In this document: one piece after another, positions 7,958 through 20,176 of the stretch
Numbering within the stretch: the stretch's first letter is position 1
How the letters are laid out: every line of letters begins with the position of its first letter
Origin: Rhodospirillaceae bacterium
Lineage (GTDB): Bacteria > Pseudomonadota > Alphaproteobacteria > Rhodospirillales > Rhodospirillaceae
Direction of reading: 5' to 3'
Assembly: GCA_016793005.1 (NCBI GenBank)
Contig: JAEUKL010000043.1
Span: forward strand, 1-40,018
Length of the DNA stretch: 40,018 nucleotides
Translations under genes and position numbers: made by a program
The notes under the pieces: generated by a model
Databases searched by the model: none
What the model was told of the DNA's origin: nothing
Seen by the model: only the letters and a program-made list of their open reading frames with translations

Positions 7958-9775
7958 ATGTTCATGACCAATTATCGCAGTTTCAAGTTCGCGCTTCCGG
8001 CGATCACAGCAATGATGATGGCGTCGGGCTTGGCGGTTGCGCAAGATACGACGGCGGAAGATTTGCGACTGAATGCATTCCTGGATAAAGCCTTCGATGA
8101 GCGTGCCGCACTCCAGCCACAGCTTCTCACCAGCCTCGGCCTCAAAACATCCTACGACCGCCTGAACGACTACACGCCGGCGTTTGATCAGCGCATGGCC
8201 GACATGTCGAAGACTCAGCTAGAAGCCATGAAGCGTGAATTTAAGCCGGCGACTTTGGGTGATCAGGCCAAGCTGTCTTATGCGGTTGCGGAATGGCAGA
8301 TCACGCAGTCGCTTGAAAATCATAAATGGGATGATCATGGGTTTATATTTGCCGCTAACGGCACACCCACCAGCAACATCCCGGTGTTCCTGATCAACAA
8401 TCACCGCGTCGACAACGTGAAAGATGCACAAGACTATGTCTCGCGCATCAAAGACGTTGAACGCGTGATGAATGAAATCGCCGCTGATTTTACCGCGCGC
8501 ACCGATAAAGGCATTCTGACACCGGATTTGGTGTTTGTGCGCGCACTACCAGATGCCCGCAGTATTCTGGTCGGTGCCCCCTTCACCGACGGTCCGGGTG
8601 TGGCGCTATGGGTGGATTTCAAAACCAAAGTCAGCAAACTTGAAGCAGATGCCGCCACCAAGGCGAAATTGCTGGACGACGGCAAGGCTGCGCTGACGGG
8701 GCCTTTTAAGCGGGGCTACGAAAAGATCATTGCAACGCTGGAAGCGGTGTCGAAGAAAGCCGGCCCTAACGAAGGGGTGTGGCGTTTGCCAGACGGTGAT
8801 GCGTACTACGCCAACCGCATCAAGAACTGGACGACGACGGGTTTAACGCCTGAACAAGTGCATCAAACAGGCTTGAGCGAAGTTGCGCGTATTCGCAAGG
8901 AGATGGAAAAAATCCGCGTGAATGTCGACTACAAAGGCGACTTACAGGCGTTCATGACCTATGTCCGTACCGAGCCGAAGTTCTATTACCCCAACACCGA
9001 TGAAGGCCGCGCGCAGTATGTCAGTGATGCAAAGGGCTTCATCGCTCAGGTGATGGCAAAAGCGCCGCAGTACTTCAACCGCTTGCCGAAGGCGCCGTTG
9101 GATGTGCGCCCCGTCGAGAAGTGGCGCGAAGCCACGGCCAGCATCGCCTTCTACAATCGCGGCACACCAGATGGTCAGCGCCCCGGCATCGTGTACTTTA
9201 ATCTTGCGGACTTGTCGCAGACACTGAAACCGCACGTGGAAGATGTGAGCTACCACGAAGGTGCACCCGGCCATCACTTCCAGATCAGCCTGGCGCAAGA
9301 ACAAACCGGCATGCCGAAAATCCGCCGCTTCAACGGACCCGGTGCATACACGGAGGGCTGGGGGCTTTATGCCGAAGAACTGGCCAAGGAAATGGGCTTC
9401 TACCAAGACCCCTATGCCGATTTCTGTCGCTTGGCTTCGGAACTGTGGCGGGCCTCTCGTCTGGTTGTGGATACGGGTATGCACGCCAAGCGCTGGAGTC
9501 GTGAAAAGGCGCTGGCGTTCTTAAAAGAGAACAGCTTGTTGTCTGATCTGGATGCCGCGCGTGAGATTGATCGTTATCTCACCAACCCTGGCCAGGCGAC
9601 CAGCTACAAAATGGGTCAGTTGAAAATCTTTGAACTGCGCTCCAAGGCTCAGAAAGCCTTAGGCGCGAAATTCGACATCAAAGATTTTCATGATGCCGTG
9701 CTGGCCGATGGCGCATTGCCGTTGGGTCTCTTAGAGCAGCGGGTCGATGCCTATATCAGCCGCAAGAAAAGCTAA
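7958..9775 (+). CDS. DUF885-family secreted protein (metallopeptidase-like)
   Basis: 605 aa. The signal peptide is MFMTNYRSFKFALPAITAMMMASGLAVAQD, and the YHEGAPGHHFQ motif is characteristic of DUF885. Confidence 0.88.
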   Translation: MFMTNYRSFKFALPAITAMMMASGLAVAQDTTAEDLRLNAFLDKAFDERAALQPQLLTSLGLKTSYDRLNDYTPAFDQRMADMSKTQLEAMKREFKPATLGDQAKLSYAVAEWQITQSLENHKWDDHGFIFAANGTPTSNIPVFLINNHRVDNVKDAQDYVSRIKDVERVMNEIAADFTARTDKGILTPDLVFVRALPDARSILVGAPFTDGPGVALWVDFKTKVSKLEADAATKAKLLDDGKAALTGPFKRGYEKIIATLEAVSKKAGPNEGVWRLPDGDAYYANRIKNWTTTGLTPEQVHQTGLSEVARIRKEMEKIRVNVDYKGDLQAFMTYVRTEPKFYYPNTDEGRAQYVSDAKGFIAQVMAKAPQYFNRLPKAPLDVRPVEKWREATASIAFYNRGTPDGQRPGIVYFNLADLSQTLKPHVEDVSYHEGAPGHHFQISLAQEQTGMPKIRRFNGPGAYTEGWGLYAEELAKEMGFYQDPYADFCRLASELWRASRLVVDTGMHAKRWSREKALAFLKENSLLSDLDAAREIDRYLTNPGQATSYKMGQLKIFELRSKAQKALGAKFDIKDFHDAVLADGALPLGLLEQRVDAYISRKKS

Positions 9776-9807
9776 AACCTGAAACACTTAAACTAAGCGA
9801 AGAACAA

Positions 9808-9863
9808 CACAGCGCCACCCGCCCAACGCTTGCGGGTGGTGCTGTGACGCCTGTGTCAGGCGT
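9808..9863 (+). terminator. Tandem hairpins after the DUF885 gene
   Basis: CACAGCGCCACCCGC/GCGGGTGGTGCTGTG forms a 15-bp stem (one G-U) at 9808-9846. It is immediately followed by ACGCCTG-tgt-CAGGCGT at 9847-9863. There is no strong U-tract. Confidence 0.65.
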
Positions 9864-9985
9864 TAGAATGTCGCGCTGTCGATTAGCCTGATCAAATCTG
9901 TGCTAGCCGCCCGTGTATTAACAGTCCGGGCGCGGCATCACGCTGCATATGGCAGTGCACGATCCAACGCTTGCCGTTGGGCTGA

Positions 9986-12502
<2,517 letters not shown>

Positions 12503-12523
12503 ACCACAGCCTGACTAAAAAAT

Positions 12524-12561
12524 ACCGGCGTTGGCTTTCCCAGCCAGCGCCGGTTTTGTTT
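12524..12561. terminator. Bidirectional terminator between convergent katG and the PhyH-like gene
   Basis: ACCGGCGTTGGCT-ttccc-AGCCAGCGCCGGT forms a 13-bp stem. It is flanked by AAAAAAT upstream and TTTGTTTGT downstream. Confidence 0.75.
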
Positions 12562-12573
12562 GTGCATGTCTGT

Positions 12574-13275
12574 CTAATTGTTAGGTGGATTGACCCACCG
12601 CCACTTTTGCAGGTCAATCGCCTGCTTCTTCTGCCCGCCCTTGAGTGAGCTATAGAATCTCATATCGAAGCTGTATCGAATGCGGTTCGATGTGTTGGGC
12701 ATCGATATATGTGGGAGCCACTTATGAAAAATCAGGACATCGCCGGGCGACATATGAACGGGTTTGGGAACGCGTGCTCCCATGTCGATGCCATGAGTTC
12801 CTTCCGGGATTGGCCCTGGGGGAATGCCTAAGGAAGGATAAAGACCAAGGCCGCCGCACTCATTGTCAATTTCAACGAACGGTATCCATGCCGTTACGAA
12901 CTCCTCCATATCATGCAACCGGCCACCATCCTGATGAGCCGGACCTAACCCTTCAGGATGATTCGGGTGCACGGCGCGACACCCAGGCGGTATGCGTAGA
13001 AATGATGTCGGGCCTAGAATTGCATCCAGTACACCCGACAACTTCAACATTTGCGCTAGGGGCACAAAGTATTGTTCCGAAATTGTTTGGCCACACCCCG
13101 ATAGAGGGTTGTCGGTGTGCGTCGACTGATAATTAGGCCCATATTTATTATCAATATAGCTCGGAAGAAACCGAAGCGTTTTGTCGACAAGTTCGTGAGG
13201 GATGACGTGTTTAACGAGGACGAATCCATGGCTATTAAAATGATCTGCGATACTTTTTATGACTGCCGACGTCAT
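12574..13275 (-). CDS. Fe(II)/2-oxoglutarate dioxygenase, phytanoyl-CoA dioxygenase (PhyH) family
   Basis: 233 aa. The HxD motif (PAHQDGG), distal His (WLPHISMPN) and Arg (RIRYSFDMR) are in PhyH order. The gene is clearly more AT-rich than its neighbours. Confidence 0.78.
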   Translation of the reverse strand: MTSAVIKSIADHFNSHGFVLVKHVIPHELVDKTLRFLPSYIDNKYGPNYQSTHTDNPLSGCGQTISEQYFVPLAQMLKLSGVLDAILGPTSFLRIPPGCRAVHPNHPEGLGPAHQDGGRLHDMEEFVTAWIPFVEIDNECGGLGLYPSLGIPPGPIPEGTHGIDMGARVPKPVHMSPGDVLIFHKWLPHISMPNTSNRIRYSFDMRFYSSLKGGQKKQAIDLQKWRWVNPPNN

Positions 13276-13434
13276 GCATCTATCCTAAAAGGCCAGGCGC
13301 TCCCCCGGCACACATTTTTTGAATGATAGCCACCCGTATGGGGCTTTCCATCGGAAATCGTAAGGAATGTTGGGTCAGTTTGTATGACCTGATGCGATGT
13401 AAAGATGAAATCGCCTTGCCCAATTTTAGTTAAG

Positions 13435-13472
13435 ATTGGCGCCCACTCGGATCGCTAACGCGATCCTCCGTG
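13435..13472. repeat. 38-nt hairpin-forming direct repeat, copy 1
   Basis: ATTGGCGCCCACTCGGATCGCTAACGCGATCCTCCGTG is identical to copy 2. It contains GGATCGC-taac-GCGATCC (7-bp stem) inside a longer imperfect stem. Confidence 0.85.
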
Positions 13473-13541
13473 CACCTAGCTTTCATTAGCAAGGCTTGCC
13501 GAGCTTAGGAAAGCTTGTGCTCACGCGGGCTGTTCGGAGAA

Positions 13542-13579
13542 ATTGGCGCCCACTCGGATCGCTAACGCGATCCTCCGTG
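13542..13579. repeat. 38-nt hairpin-forming direct repeat, copy 2
   Basis: Identical 38-mer lying 107 nt after copy 1 and 43 nt from the 3' end of tRNA-Leu. Confidence 0.85.
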
Positions 13580-13621
13580 GCACTCAATTTTCCTAAACTC
13601 GTTTCACGCGTTAAGTAAAAT

Positions 13622-13709
13622 TGGTGCCCCCGGCCGGACTTGAACCGGCACGTCCGTTACCAGACAACGGATTTTAAGTCCGTTGCGTCTACCATTCCGC
13701 CACGGGGGC
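13622..13709 (-). tRNA. tRNA-Leu (anticodon TAA), type II with long variable arm, CCA encoded
   Basis: The reverse strand reads GCCCCCG TG GCGG AATGGTAGA CGCA ACGGA CT-TAA-AA TCCGT TGTCTGGTAACGGACGT GCCGG TTCAAGT CCGGC CGGGGGC A CCA. The cloverleaf was folded by hand. Confidence 0.93.
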
Positions 13710-13819
13710 CTGCTGACCTGATTGCAGGTGATGCGCTCGATTATCAGATCGGCGCGAAAAGTCCTACGGCATTTTTGTGGGCGTATTGATCGGCTTAATC
13801 GAGAGCTTCAAAACAGCGT

Positions 13820-14581
13820 TTAGGGCGCTGGCCCCAAAACCGGCTCGGCACCCAATTTGCGCATAGTCTCGGCGACTTTACCAATCACCACCGCAATGCT
13901 GTCCTTGTCGGTGCCGCGCGCAACAATCGAGGTCCCCAGCTTATCGTGCCGCATGAAAGGGTAGCTGCCCACGGCCACGGCGGGGTGTTCAGCCTGGATT
14001 TCAGCCAGCCGTGCCGCGATATCGCCCTCACGCACGTGGCCGTCGACACTTTGCGAATAAACCGGCGGGCCCCCTTGCAGCGACGGTGCAATGGCTTCGA
14101 ACATGGCGCGGGCCACACTGGGCACGCCGGCCAGCACGAATACATTCTCGATCCGGTAGCCCGGCGCGACACTGATGAGGTTTTCAATCAGGCTTACGCC
14201 ATCGCCATCGGGTACTTCGGCCATGCGCAGGCGCGCCTCGTTGGTGCGCTCGCCGTAGTACGCACGCAGCTTCTTTTCCACATCAGGATGCCGGATCACC
14301 TTACGGCCAAAGGCCTTTGCCACGCAGGGTGTTGTGATGTCGTCATGCGTGGGGCCGATGCCGCCGGTGGTGAATACATATGTGTATTCTTTGCGGCAGG
14401 TATTTAAGGCGTCGACAATTTTGGCTTCTACATCGGGCACCACACGCGCCTCGCGCACCGGAATCCCCAAACTGCCCAGCCGCTCGGCCAGGAATTTTAA
14501 GTTTAAATCTTGTGTGCGGCCCGACAAAATTTCATCGCCGATGATAAGCACGCAAGCTGTGGGGTTGGGTGTTTGGCTCAT
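13820..14581 (-). CDS. CinA-N-like / molybdopterin-binding (MoCF biosynthesis) domain protein
   Basis: 253 aa. VLIIGDEILSGRTQDLN...VFTTGGIGPTHDDIT is the typical MoaB/MogA/CinA N-domain fold signature. Confidence 0.85.
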   Translation of the reverse strand: MSQTPNPTACVLIIGDEILSGRTQDLNLKFLAERLGSLGIPVREARVVPDVEAKIVDALNTCRKEYTYVFTTGGIGPTHDDITTPCVAKAFGRKVIRHPDVEKKLRAYYGERTNEARLRMAEVPDGDGVSLIENLISVAPGYRIENVFVLAGVPSVARAMFEAIAPSLQGGPPVYSQSVDGHVREGDIAARLAEIQAEHPAVAVGSYPFMRHDKLGTSIVARGTDKDSIAVVIGKVAETMRKLGAEPVLGPAP

Positions 14582-14631
14582 GCGGCTACTGTAAGCGCAG
14601 CTGTACGTTCAACGCAATTCAAAGGCGGGCT

Positions 14632-15042
14632 TCAAGCCAATGCGCGTTTCAAATGTTCGATCAGCGGAACATCGGCCGGCGGCATGGCGTAGGCTTCAAG
14701 CTCGGAGGCCGTCGCCCAAGCCACAGCCTGGTTCTCGGCGGGCGTAACTTCGCCAGCCCACGCACGGCACGCGTAGACCGGCATCAACAGATGAAATTTT
14801 TCATAGGTATGTGAGGCAAAGGCCAGCGGGTGAAGGTCGGCAGCTTGAACCGTGATGCCGAGTTCTTCGTGCAATTCACGCACAAGCGCCTGTTCGGGTG
14901 TTTCGTTTGGCTCGACCTTGCCGCCCGGAAACTCCCACAGTCCGGCCATGGATTTTCCCGCTGGTCGTTGCGCCAAAAGCACGCGCTTTCCCGTCATCAG
15001 GGCCGCCGCCACCACCAGAACAACAGGCTTTCCGGTGCTCAT
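14632..15042 (-). CDS. mutT: NUDIX hydrolase, MutT-type 8-oxo-dGTP diphosphatase
   Basis: The Nudix box GGKVEPNETPEQALVRELHEELGI is present. ATG 15042 (MSTGKPVV...) lies 5 nt after the argJ stop; the longer track ORF to 15105 would overlap argJ. Confidence 0.82.
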   Translation of the reverse strand: MSTGKPVVLVVAAALMTGKRVLLAQRPAGKSMAGLWEFPGGKVEPNETPEQALVRELHEELGITVQAADLHPLAFASHTYEKFHLLMPVYACRAWAGEVTPAENQAVAWATASELEAYAMPPADVPLIEHLKRALA

Positions 15043-15047
15043 AAAGA

Positions 15048-16280
15048 TCAGGTGCGGTACGAACCGTTGATGTCGATGTATCCATGGGTGAGATCGCACG
15101 TCCACACGGTTGCGCGGCCGTGACCCACATTAATGTTCACATCGAACACGATGTCCTGGCCCTTCATGTGGGCCACAACGGGCGTTTCGTCGTAACCCGG
15201 CACGGCTTCACCGTCACGCGCCACGTCTACACCGCCAATTTTAATGCCCAGCTTGTCGCGGTCCACACGCTCGCCCGACTTGCCGACCGCCATGACAATG
15301 CGGCCCCAGTTGGCGTCTTCACCGGCGACAGCGGTTTTCACCAGCGGTGAATTGGCAATGGCCATGGCGATGCGGTGTGCTGCTTTGTCGTGCTCTGCAC
15401 CCGTCACGTTGATCTCCAGAAACTTGGTGGCGCCTTCGCCGTCGCGCGCCACAAGTTTGGCAAGCTCGACCATCATATCGTTCAGCTTGGCTTTGAAATC
15501 TGCCAACCGCGGGTCATGCGGATGGCCAACCGCGTCGTGCGCCGCCTGACCGGTTGCGAACATCAGCAAAGTGTCCGACGTTGAGGTGTCGCCATCAATC
15601 GTCATGCAGTTAAAGCTTTTGTCGGCACCGCTTGATACCAGGTACTGCACGGTCGCCGCATCAAGCTTTGCATCGGTGAAAATGTAGGCCAGCATCGTCG
15701 CCATATCGGGCGCGATCATGCCCGCACCTTTGCAGAAGCCCACAATATTCACGGCCTTGCCGTCGATGGTGGCCGTGCGTGTGGCGACTTTAACAAACGT
15801 ATCGGTCGTCATAATGGCTTGCGCGGCATCAAAGGCTTTGTCGGCGCTGAGCTTTGTTTTGACGTCCGGCAGGGCGGCGACGATTTTTTCATACGGCAAA
15901 GCAACACCGATGGTGCCCGTGGACGACACGAACACCTCGTTGGGTTTGCAGCCGAATGTTGCCACCGCGCCGTCAACAGTTTTGGTCACAGCCTCAACGC
16001 CCTTCTTGCCCGTGAAGGCGTTGGCGTTGCCGGCGTTCACCACCAGCACGCGGGCTTGGCCCAGTTTGCGGTTCGCTTTGCACAGGTCCACGGCCGAGGA
16101 GGCGGTCAGAGATTTGGTGAACACGCCGCCCACGGTGGTGCCCGGGGCCAGCTCAGCCACCATCAAATCGGTACGCCCGGCGTAACGGATCCCGGCCGCG
16201 TGGGTTGCAAACCGCACCCCGGCAATATTGGGCAGGGGCGGCACATTTTTGGGGGCCAGGGGCGATACAGGATGGCTCAT
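15048..16280 (-). CDS. argJ: Bifunctional ornithine acetyltransferase / N-acetylglutamate synthase
   Basis: 410 aa. The autoprocessing site is in GMIAPDMATMLAYIFTDA, and the sequence is ArgJ-like throughout, ending in YRT. Confidence 0.95.
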   Translation of the reverse strand: MSHPVSPLAPKNVPPLPNIAGVRFATHAAGIRYAGRTDLMVAELAPGTTVGGVFTKSLTASSAVDLCKANRKLGQARVLVVNAGNANAFTGKKGVEAVTKTVDGAVATFGCKPNEVFVSSTGTIGVALPYEKIVAALPDVKTKLSADKAFDAAQAIMTTDTFVKVATRTATIDGKAVNIVGFCKGAGMIAPDMATMLAYIFTDAKLDAATVQYLVSSGADKSFNCMTIDGDTSTSDTLLMFATGQAAHDAVGHPHDPRLADFKAKLNDMMVELAKLVARDGEGATKFLEINVTGAEHDKAAHRIAMAIANSPLVKTAVAGEDANWGRIVMAVGKSGERVDRDKLGIKIGGVDVARDGEAVPGYDETPVVAHMKGQDIVFDVNINVGHGRATVWTCDLTHGYIDINGSYRT

Positions 16281-16483
16281 CGGACAGTCCTAAAGTGGTG
16301 GCGCAAAACGCGATTTTAGCAGGCTAATTTTGGGCGGCGCTTCAATGACACAGCTCAACCCTGCTCACAAGCACAGAACAGGCTTTGGGGCCATCGCGCT
16401 ACATTCTTTTAAAGCATTGCAAATAAATAATAATTTGGCTTTATCCCTGACCATGGAAATCCTGCAAATGTTGGCCGCTTCCG

Positions 16484-16512
16484 TTGACTTATAGGGACAG
16501 CACTTCTATCTG
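16484..16512 (+). promoter_or_regulatory. Candidate sigma70 promoter for secA
   Basis: TTGACT (16484-16489), a 17-nt spacer, then TATCTG (16507-16512), ~80 nt upstream of the secA ATG. Pattern only. Confidence 0.3.
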
Positions 16513-16590
16513 TCTCACGCATGCCAAAAGGCCGGGGGGCCATCACACGCCAAACCTCCGGCTGCCGTTTTCACGATTTTCGAGGTTTCA

Positions 16591-19272
16591 ATGCTCGGCG
16601 CCCTTAAACGCCTGTTTCCTTCGCGCAATGAACGGATCATCAAGTCCCTGCGCCCGATTGTTGAAGCCATTAACGCCAAAGAAGCTGAAATTGCCGCCCT
16701 GGATGATGCCGGTGTGCGCGCCCGTACCGACTGGCTGAAGGGCCGTTTGGAAAAAGGCGAAACCCTGGAGCAGATCCTACCGGATGCCTTTGCCACCGTC
16801 CGTGAAGCTGCCAAGCGTACCCTCAAACAGCGCCATTTCGATGTGCAGCTGATGGGCGGCATGGTGTTGAACACCGGCAAGATTGCCGAAATGGGCACCG
16901 GCGAAGGTAAAACCCTGGTCTCCACGCTGCCGGTGTACCTGAACGCGCTGACGGGCAAGGGCGTGCACGTCGTGACGGTCAACGATTACCTGGCCAAGCG
17001 TGACTCGACCTGGATGGGTCAGATCTTCAACTTTTTAGGGATGAGCGTCGGCTGCATTCAAAGCCAGATGCTGGACCGCGACCGCCGCGCGGCTTACGCC
17101 GCAGACATTACGTACGGCACCAACAGCGAATTCGGCTTCGATTACTTGCGCGACAACATGAAGTACTCGATCGAAGAAATGGTACAGCGTCCGTTTAACT
17201 TCGCCATCGTCGACGAAGTGGACTCGATCCTGATTGATGAAGCGCGCACTCCGCTGATCATTTCCGGGCCCTCGCAGGACCGCAGCGATTTGTACGACCG
17301 CGTCAATAAAATCATCCCGCTGCTGAAAGACGAACACTACGAGAAGGACGAAAAACAGAAGTCCATCACCTTTACCGATTCGGGAACCGAATTCGCCGAG
17401 CAGTTGCTGCGCGATAACAACATTCTCACCGACGGCAATCTCTACGACATTCAGAACATCGAGCTGGTGCACCACGTGAACCAAGCCTTGAAGGCCCACC
17501 ACATGTTCAAGCGCGATGTCGATTACCTGGTGCGCGACGAGCGCGTGCATTTGATCGACGAATTCACCGGCCGTATCATGGAAGGCCGCCGTTTGTCTGA
17601 AGGCCTGCACCAGGCCATCGAAGCCAAAGAAGGTGTTTCGGTTCAGAACGAAAACCAGACATTGGCCACCGTGACGTATCAGAACTATTTCCGCATGTAC
17701 CCGAAGCTGGCCGGCATGACCGGCACGGCCATGACGGAAGAAGAAGAGTTCAGCACCATCTATGGCCTTGATGTGGTCGATGTGCCGCCGAACATGCCGC
17801 GCGCCCGCAAGGACGAGCACGACGAAGTCTATCGCACGGCCGATGAGAAATACGACGCCATCGTGGCCTTGGTGAAGGAATGCCAGGCACGCCAGCAGCC
17901 GGTTCTGGTGGGCACCGTGTCGATTGAGAAATCTGAAGTGCTGGCCGACCGCCTGCGCAAGAAGGCCGGTGTGAAACCGCAGGTGCTGAACGCCAAATAC
18001 CACGAGCAGGAAGCCTACATTATCGCCCAGGCCGGCGTGCCCGGCTCGGTGACCATTGCCACCAACATGGCCGGTCGCGGGACCGACATTCAGTTGGGCG
18101 GCAACCCGGCTTATCGTTTCGAAGAAGAAGAAAAACGCCTGGGCCGCGCGCTCACCGATGCTGAAAAAGAAGCCGTGATTGCCGATGTTGCCGAAAAGAA
18201 GCGCGTCGCCATGGCGGCCGGTGGTCTGTACGTGGTCGGCACCGAGCGCCATGAATCGCGCCGCATCGACAATCAGCTGCGCGGACGTTCGGGCCGCCAG
18301 GGCGACCCCGGCGCCTCGAAGTTCTTCCTGTCGTTGCAAGACGACCTGATGCGCATCTTCGGTTCCGAGCGCATGGACAGCATGCTGGTGCGCCTGGGCC
18401 TGGAGAAGGGCGAAGCCATCATCCATCCGTGGATCAATAAAGCCATCGAGAAAGCGCAGCAGAAAGTTGAAGCGCGCAACTTCGACATCCGCAAAAATCT
18501 GTTGCAGTTCGACGACGTGATGAACGTGCAGCGCCGCGAGATCTTTGATCAGCGCAAAGAAATGATGACGACCGATGACGTCTCAGGCTTGGTCGAGCAT
18601 ATGCGCTATCAGATTATCGATGACCTTATCCGCAAGTTCATCCCCGAGCGCGCGATGCCGGAAGAATGGAATGTAGTGGGCCTGCACGAAGAGGTGATGC
18701 GCATTCTGGGCTTGAATTTGCCGTTCAAGGAATGGGCGGCCGAAGAAGGTATCGCGGACGAGGAAATTCGCGAACGTCTCACCAACGCCATCGACATCAA
18801 GATGGCCGAGAAAGTGGCCAACTATGGCCCCGATCTGATGCGCCGCGTGGAAAAAAGCCTGCTGTTGCAGACCATCGACCACGGCTGGCGCGATCACTTG
18901 GCGCGTTTGGATTACTTGCGTCATGGCGTGAATTTGCGCGCTTACGGCCAGAAGACGCCGCTGCTTGAGTATCAGCGCGAAGCCTACATCATGTTCGAGG
19001 AAATGCTGGAATCGTTGCGTGAGCGCGTGACGGCTATTCTCTCGCATGTCGAAATTCAAGTGCAGCGTGATCCGCAGCCGGAAACACAGACGCAACAACT
19101 GCCGCCACGCCCATTGACCACGCCTGCCGCCGTGGGCCAGATGCCCGCGCGCGATCCGGCTGATCCGGCCACGTGGGGCCGTGTCGCGCGTAATGAAGCT
19201 TGCCCCTGCGGTTCGGGCAAAAAGTACAAGCATTGTCACGGCACAGTGGCCTCGGAGCCCGTCTCGGCTTGA
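16591..19272 (+). CDS. secA: Preprotein translocase ATPase SecA
   Basis: 893 aa. Walker A is MGTGEGKTL, the DEAD-like motif is [13 protein letters not shown], and the C-terminal zinc motif is [14 protein letters not shown]. Confidence 0.97.
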   Translation: MLGALKRLFPSRNERIIKSLRPIVEAINAKEAEIAALDDAGVRARTDWLKGRLEKGETLEQILPDAFATVREAAKRTLKQRHFDVQLMGGMVLNTGKIAEMGTGEGKTLVSTLPVYLNALTGKGVHVVTVNDYLAKRDSTWMGQIFNFLGMSVGCIQSQMLDRDRRAAYAADITYGTNSEFGFDYLRDNMKYSIEEMVQRPFNFAIVDEVDSILIDEARTPLIISGPSQDRSDLYDRVNKIIPLLKDEHYEKDEKQKSITFTDSGTEFAEQLLRDNNILTDGNLYDIQNIELVHHVNQALKAHHMFKRDVDYLVRDERVHLIDEFTGRIMEGRRLSEGLHQAIEAKEGVSVQNENQTLATVTYQNYFRMYPKLAGMTGTAMTEEEEFSTIYGLDVVDVPPNMPRARKDEHDEVYRTADEKYDAIVALVKECQARQQPVLVGTVSIEKSEVLADRLRKKAGVKPQVLNAKYHEQEAYIIAQAGVPGSVTIATNMAGRGTDIQLGGNPAYRFEEEEKRLGRALTDAEKEAVIADVAEKKRVAMAAGGLYVVGTERHESRRIDNQLRGRSGRQGDPGASKFFLSLQDDLMRIFGSERMDSMLVRLGLEKGEAIIHPWINKAIEKAQQKVEARNFDIRKNLLQFDDVMNVQRREIFDQRKEMMTTDDVSGLVEHMRYQIIDDLIRKFIPERAMPEEWNVVGLHEEVMRILGLNLPFKEWAAEEGIADEEIRERLTNAIDIKMAEKVANYGPDLMRRVEKSLLLQTIDHGWRDHLARLDYLRHGVNLRAYGQKTPLLEYQREAYIMFEEMLESLRERVTAILSHVEIQVQRDPQPETQTQQLPPRPLTTPAAVGQMPARDPADPATWGRVARNEACPCGSGKKYKHCHGTVASEPVSA

Positions 19273-19321
19273 AGATTTTCGGCCTGAAAACTTTCGGCCT
19301 GATGCCTTAGGAGTAGATCCA

Positions 19322-19549
19322 ATGGCGGCAGACTCGATGTTGGAATCCGTACTTGTGGCGCAGCGTGTCGATACGCTGAGCCGGCTCAGCAATGCTGCGC
19401 AAGCCAGCGAGCAACAACGTGCGCGGCAGGCCGTCGGCGAGATCAGCGACCAAGCGCGCAACGCGCAGGACTTGAACACGGCCACGCTGCCAACCAACTT
19501 GTTGCCGGTCGATCCCAGCCGTGGCCGCAACTTGAATATCGTAGCTTAA
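19322..19549 (+). CDS. Small hypothetical protein, YjfB-like (putative motility protein family)
   Basis: 75 aa. AGGAG lies 7 nt upstream of ATG 19322. The Q/A-rich helical N-part and the C-terminal ...PSRGRNLNIVA resemble the ...G-x-x-(L/I)-D-I-x-A end of YjfB_motility proteins as I recall them. The track ORF from 19181 overlaps secA and is over-extended. Confidence 0.5.
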   Translation: MAADSMLESVLVAQRVDTLSRLSNAAQASEQQRARQAVGEISDQARNAQDLNTATLPTNLLPVDPSRGRNLNIVA

Positions 19550-19590
19550 GCTTTTTCAGCAGCGTCACAGACGCGCACTGGAATGCACTG

Positions 19591-20145
19591 ATGTCTGAAC
19601 GTCAGAACGCAGCCGCGCCATTGCAGGGCCCGGTGGTGGAACGCATCCCCCACGGCGACGACCGCTTGCGCATGGTGTGTGGCGACTGCGGCTTTGTGAA
19701 CTACGTCAACCCCCGCATCATCGTGGCCGCCGTGCCGGTGTGGGACAATAAATTCCTGCTCGCACGCCGTGCCATTGAACCACGCAAGAATTATTGGACG
19801 ATCCCCGCCGGCTTTCTGGAAGTGGGCGAAACCGCCGAAGCGGGTGCCGTGCGCGAAACCTGGGAAGAAGCGCGGGCGCGGGTGAAAACCGATGCGCTGT
19901 TGGGCCTCTACAACATCGCCGCCATCGGCCAGCTTTATGTCGTTTACCGCGCTGCTATGCTGTCGGGCGAATTCGGCGTTGGTCCTGAAAGTCTGGATGC
20001 GCAATTGTTTGCGTGGGACGAAATCCCGTGGTCGGACTTGGCGTTCCCGTCAATCCGTTGGGCGCTGCAAGACTACAAAAAAGCCGAAGGGCAAACCAAC
20101 TTCGCGCCTTTCAGCGAACCGCCAGACATCCACTGGCTGAGATAA
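19591..20145 (+). CDS. NUDIX hydrolase with N-terminal zinc-ribbon
   Basis: The zinc ribbon is CGDCGFVNYVNPRI and the Nudix box is AGFLEVGETAEAGAVRETWEEA. Confidence 0.85.
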   Translation: MSERQNAAAPLQGPVVERIPHGDDRLRMVCGDCGFVNYVNPRIIVAAVPVWDNKFLLARRAIEPRKNYWTIPAGFLEVGETAEAGAVRETWEEARARVKTDALLGLYNIAAIGQLYVVYRAAMLSGEFGVGPESLDAQLFAWDEIPWSDLAFPSIRWALQDYKKAEGQTNFAPFSEPPDIHWLR

Positions 20146-20176
20146 ACAAAAACTAAAAACGGGATGGGCACACCAA

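Noticed and set aside
13435-13579. The two 38-nt repeats as a mini CRISPR array or as tRNA pseudogenes
   Set aside because: There are only two copies, the spacer is 69 nt (too long) and no cas genes are present. As tRNA fragments they fail because the would-be T-arm has a 15-nt loop and no matching 5' acceptor strand is present. They are kept as a generic hairpin repeat in the findings.
17035-18426. 463-aa ORF antisense to secA, and 18583..19530, a 315-aa ORF antisense to the secA 3' end
   Set aside because: These are shadow ORFs opposite a highly conserved gene, with His/Arg/Ala/Gly-rich nonsense composition.
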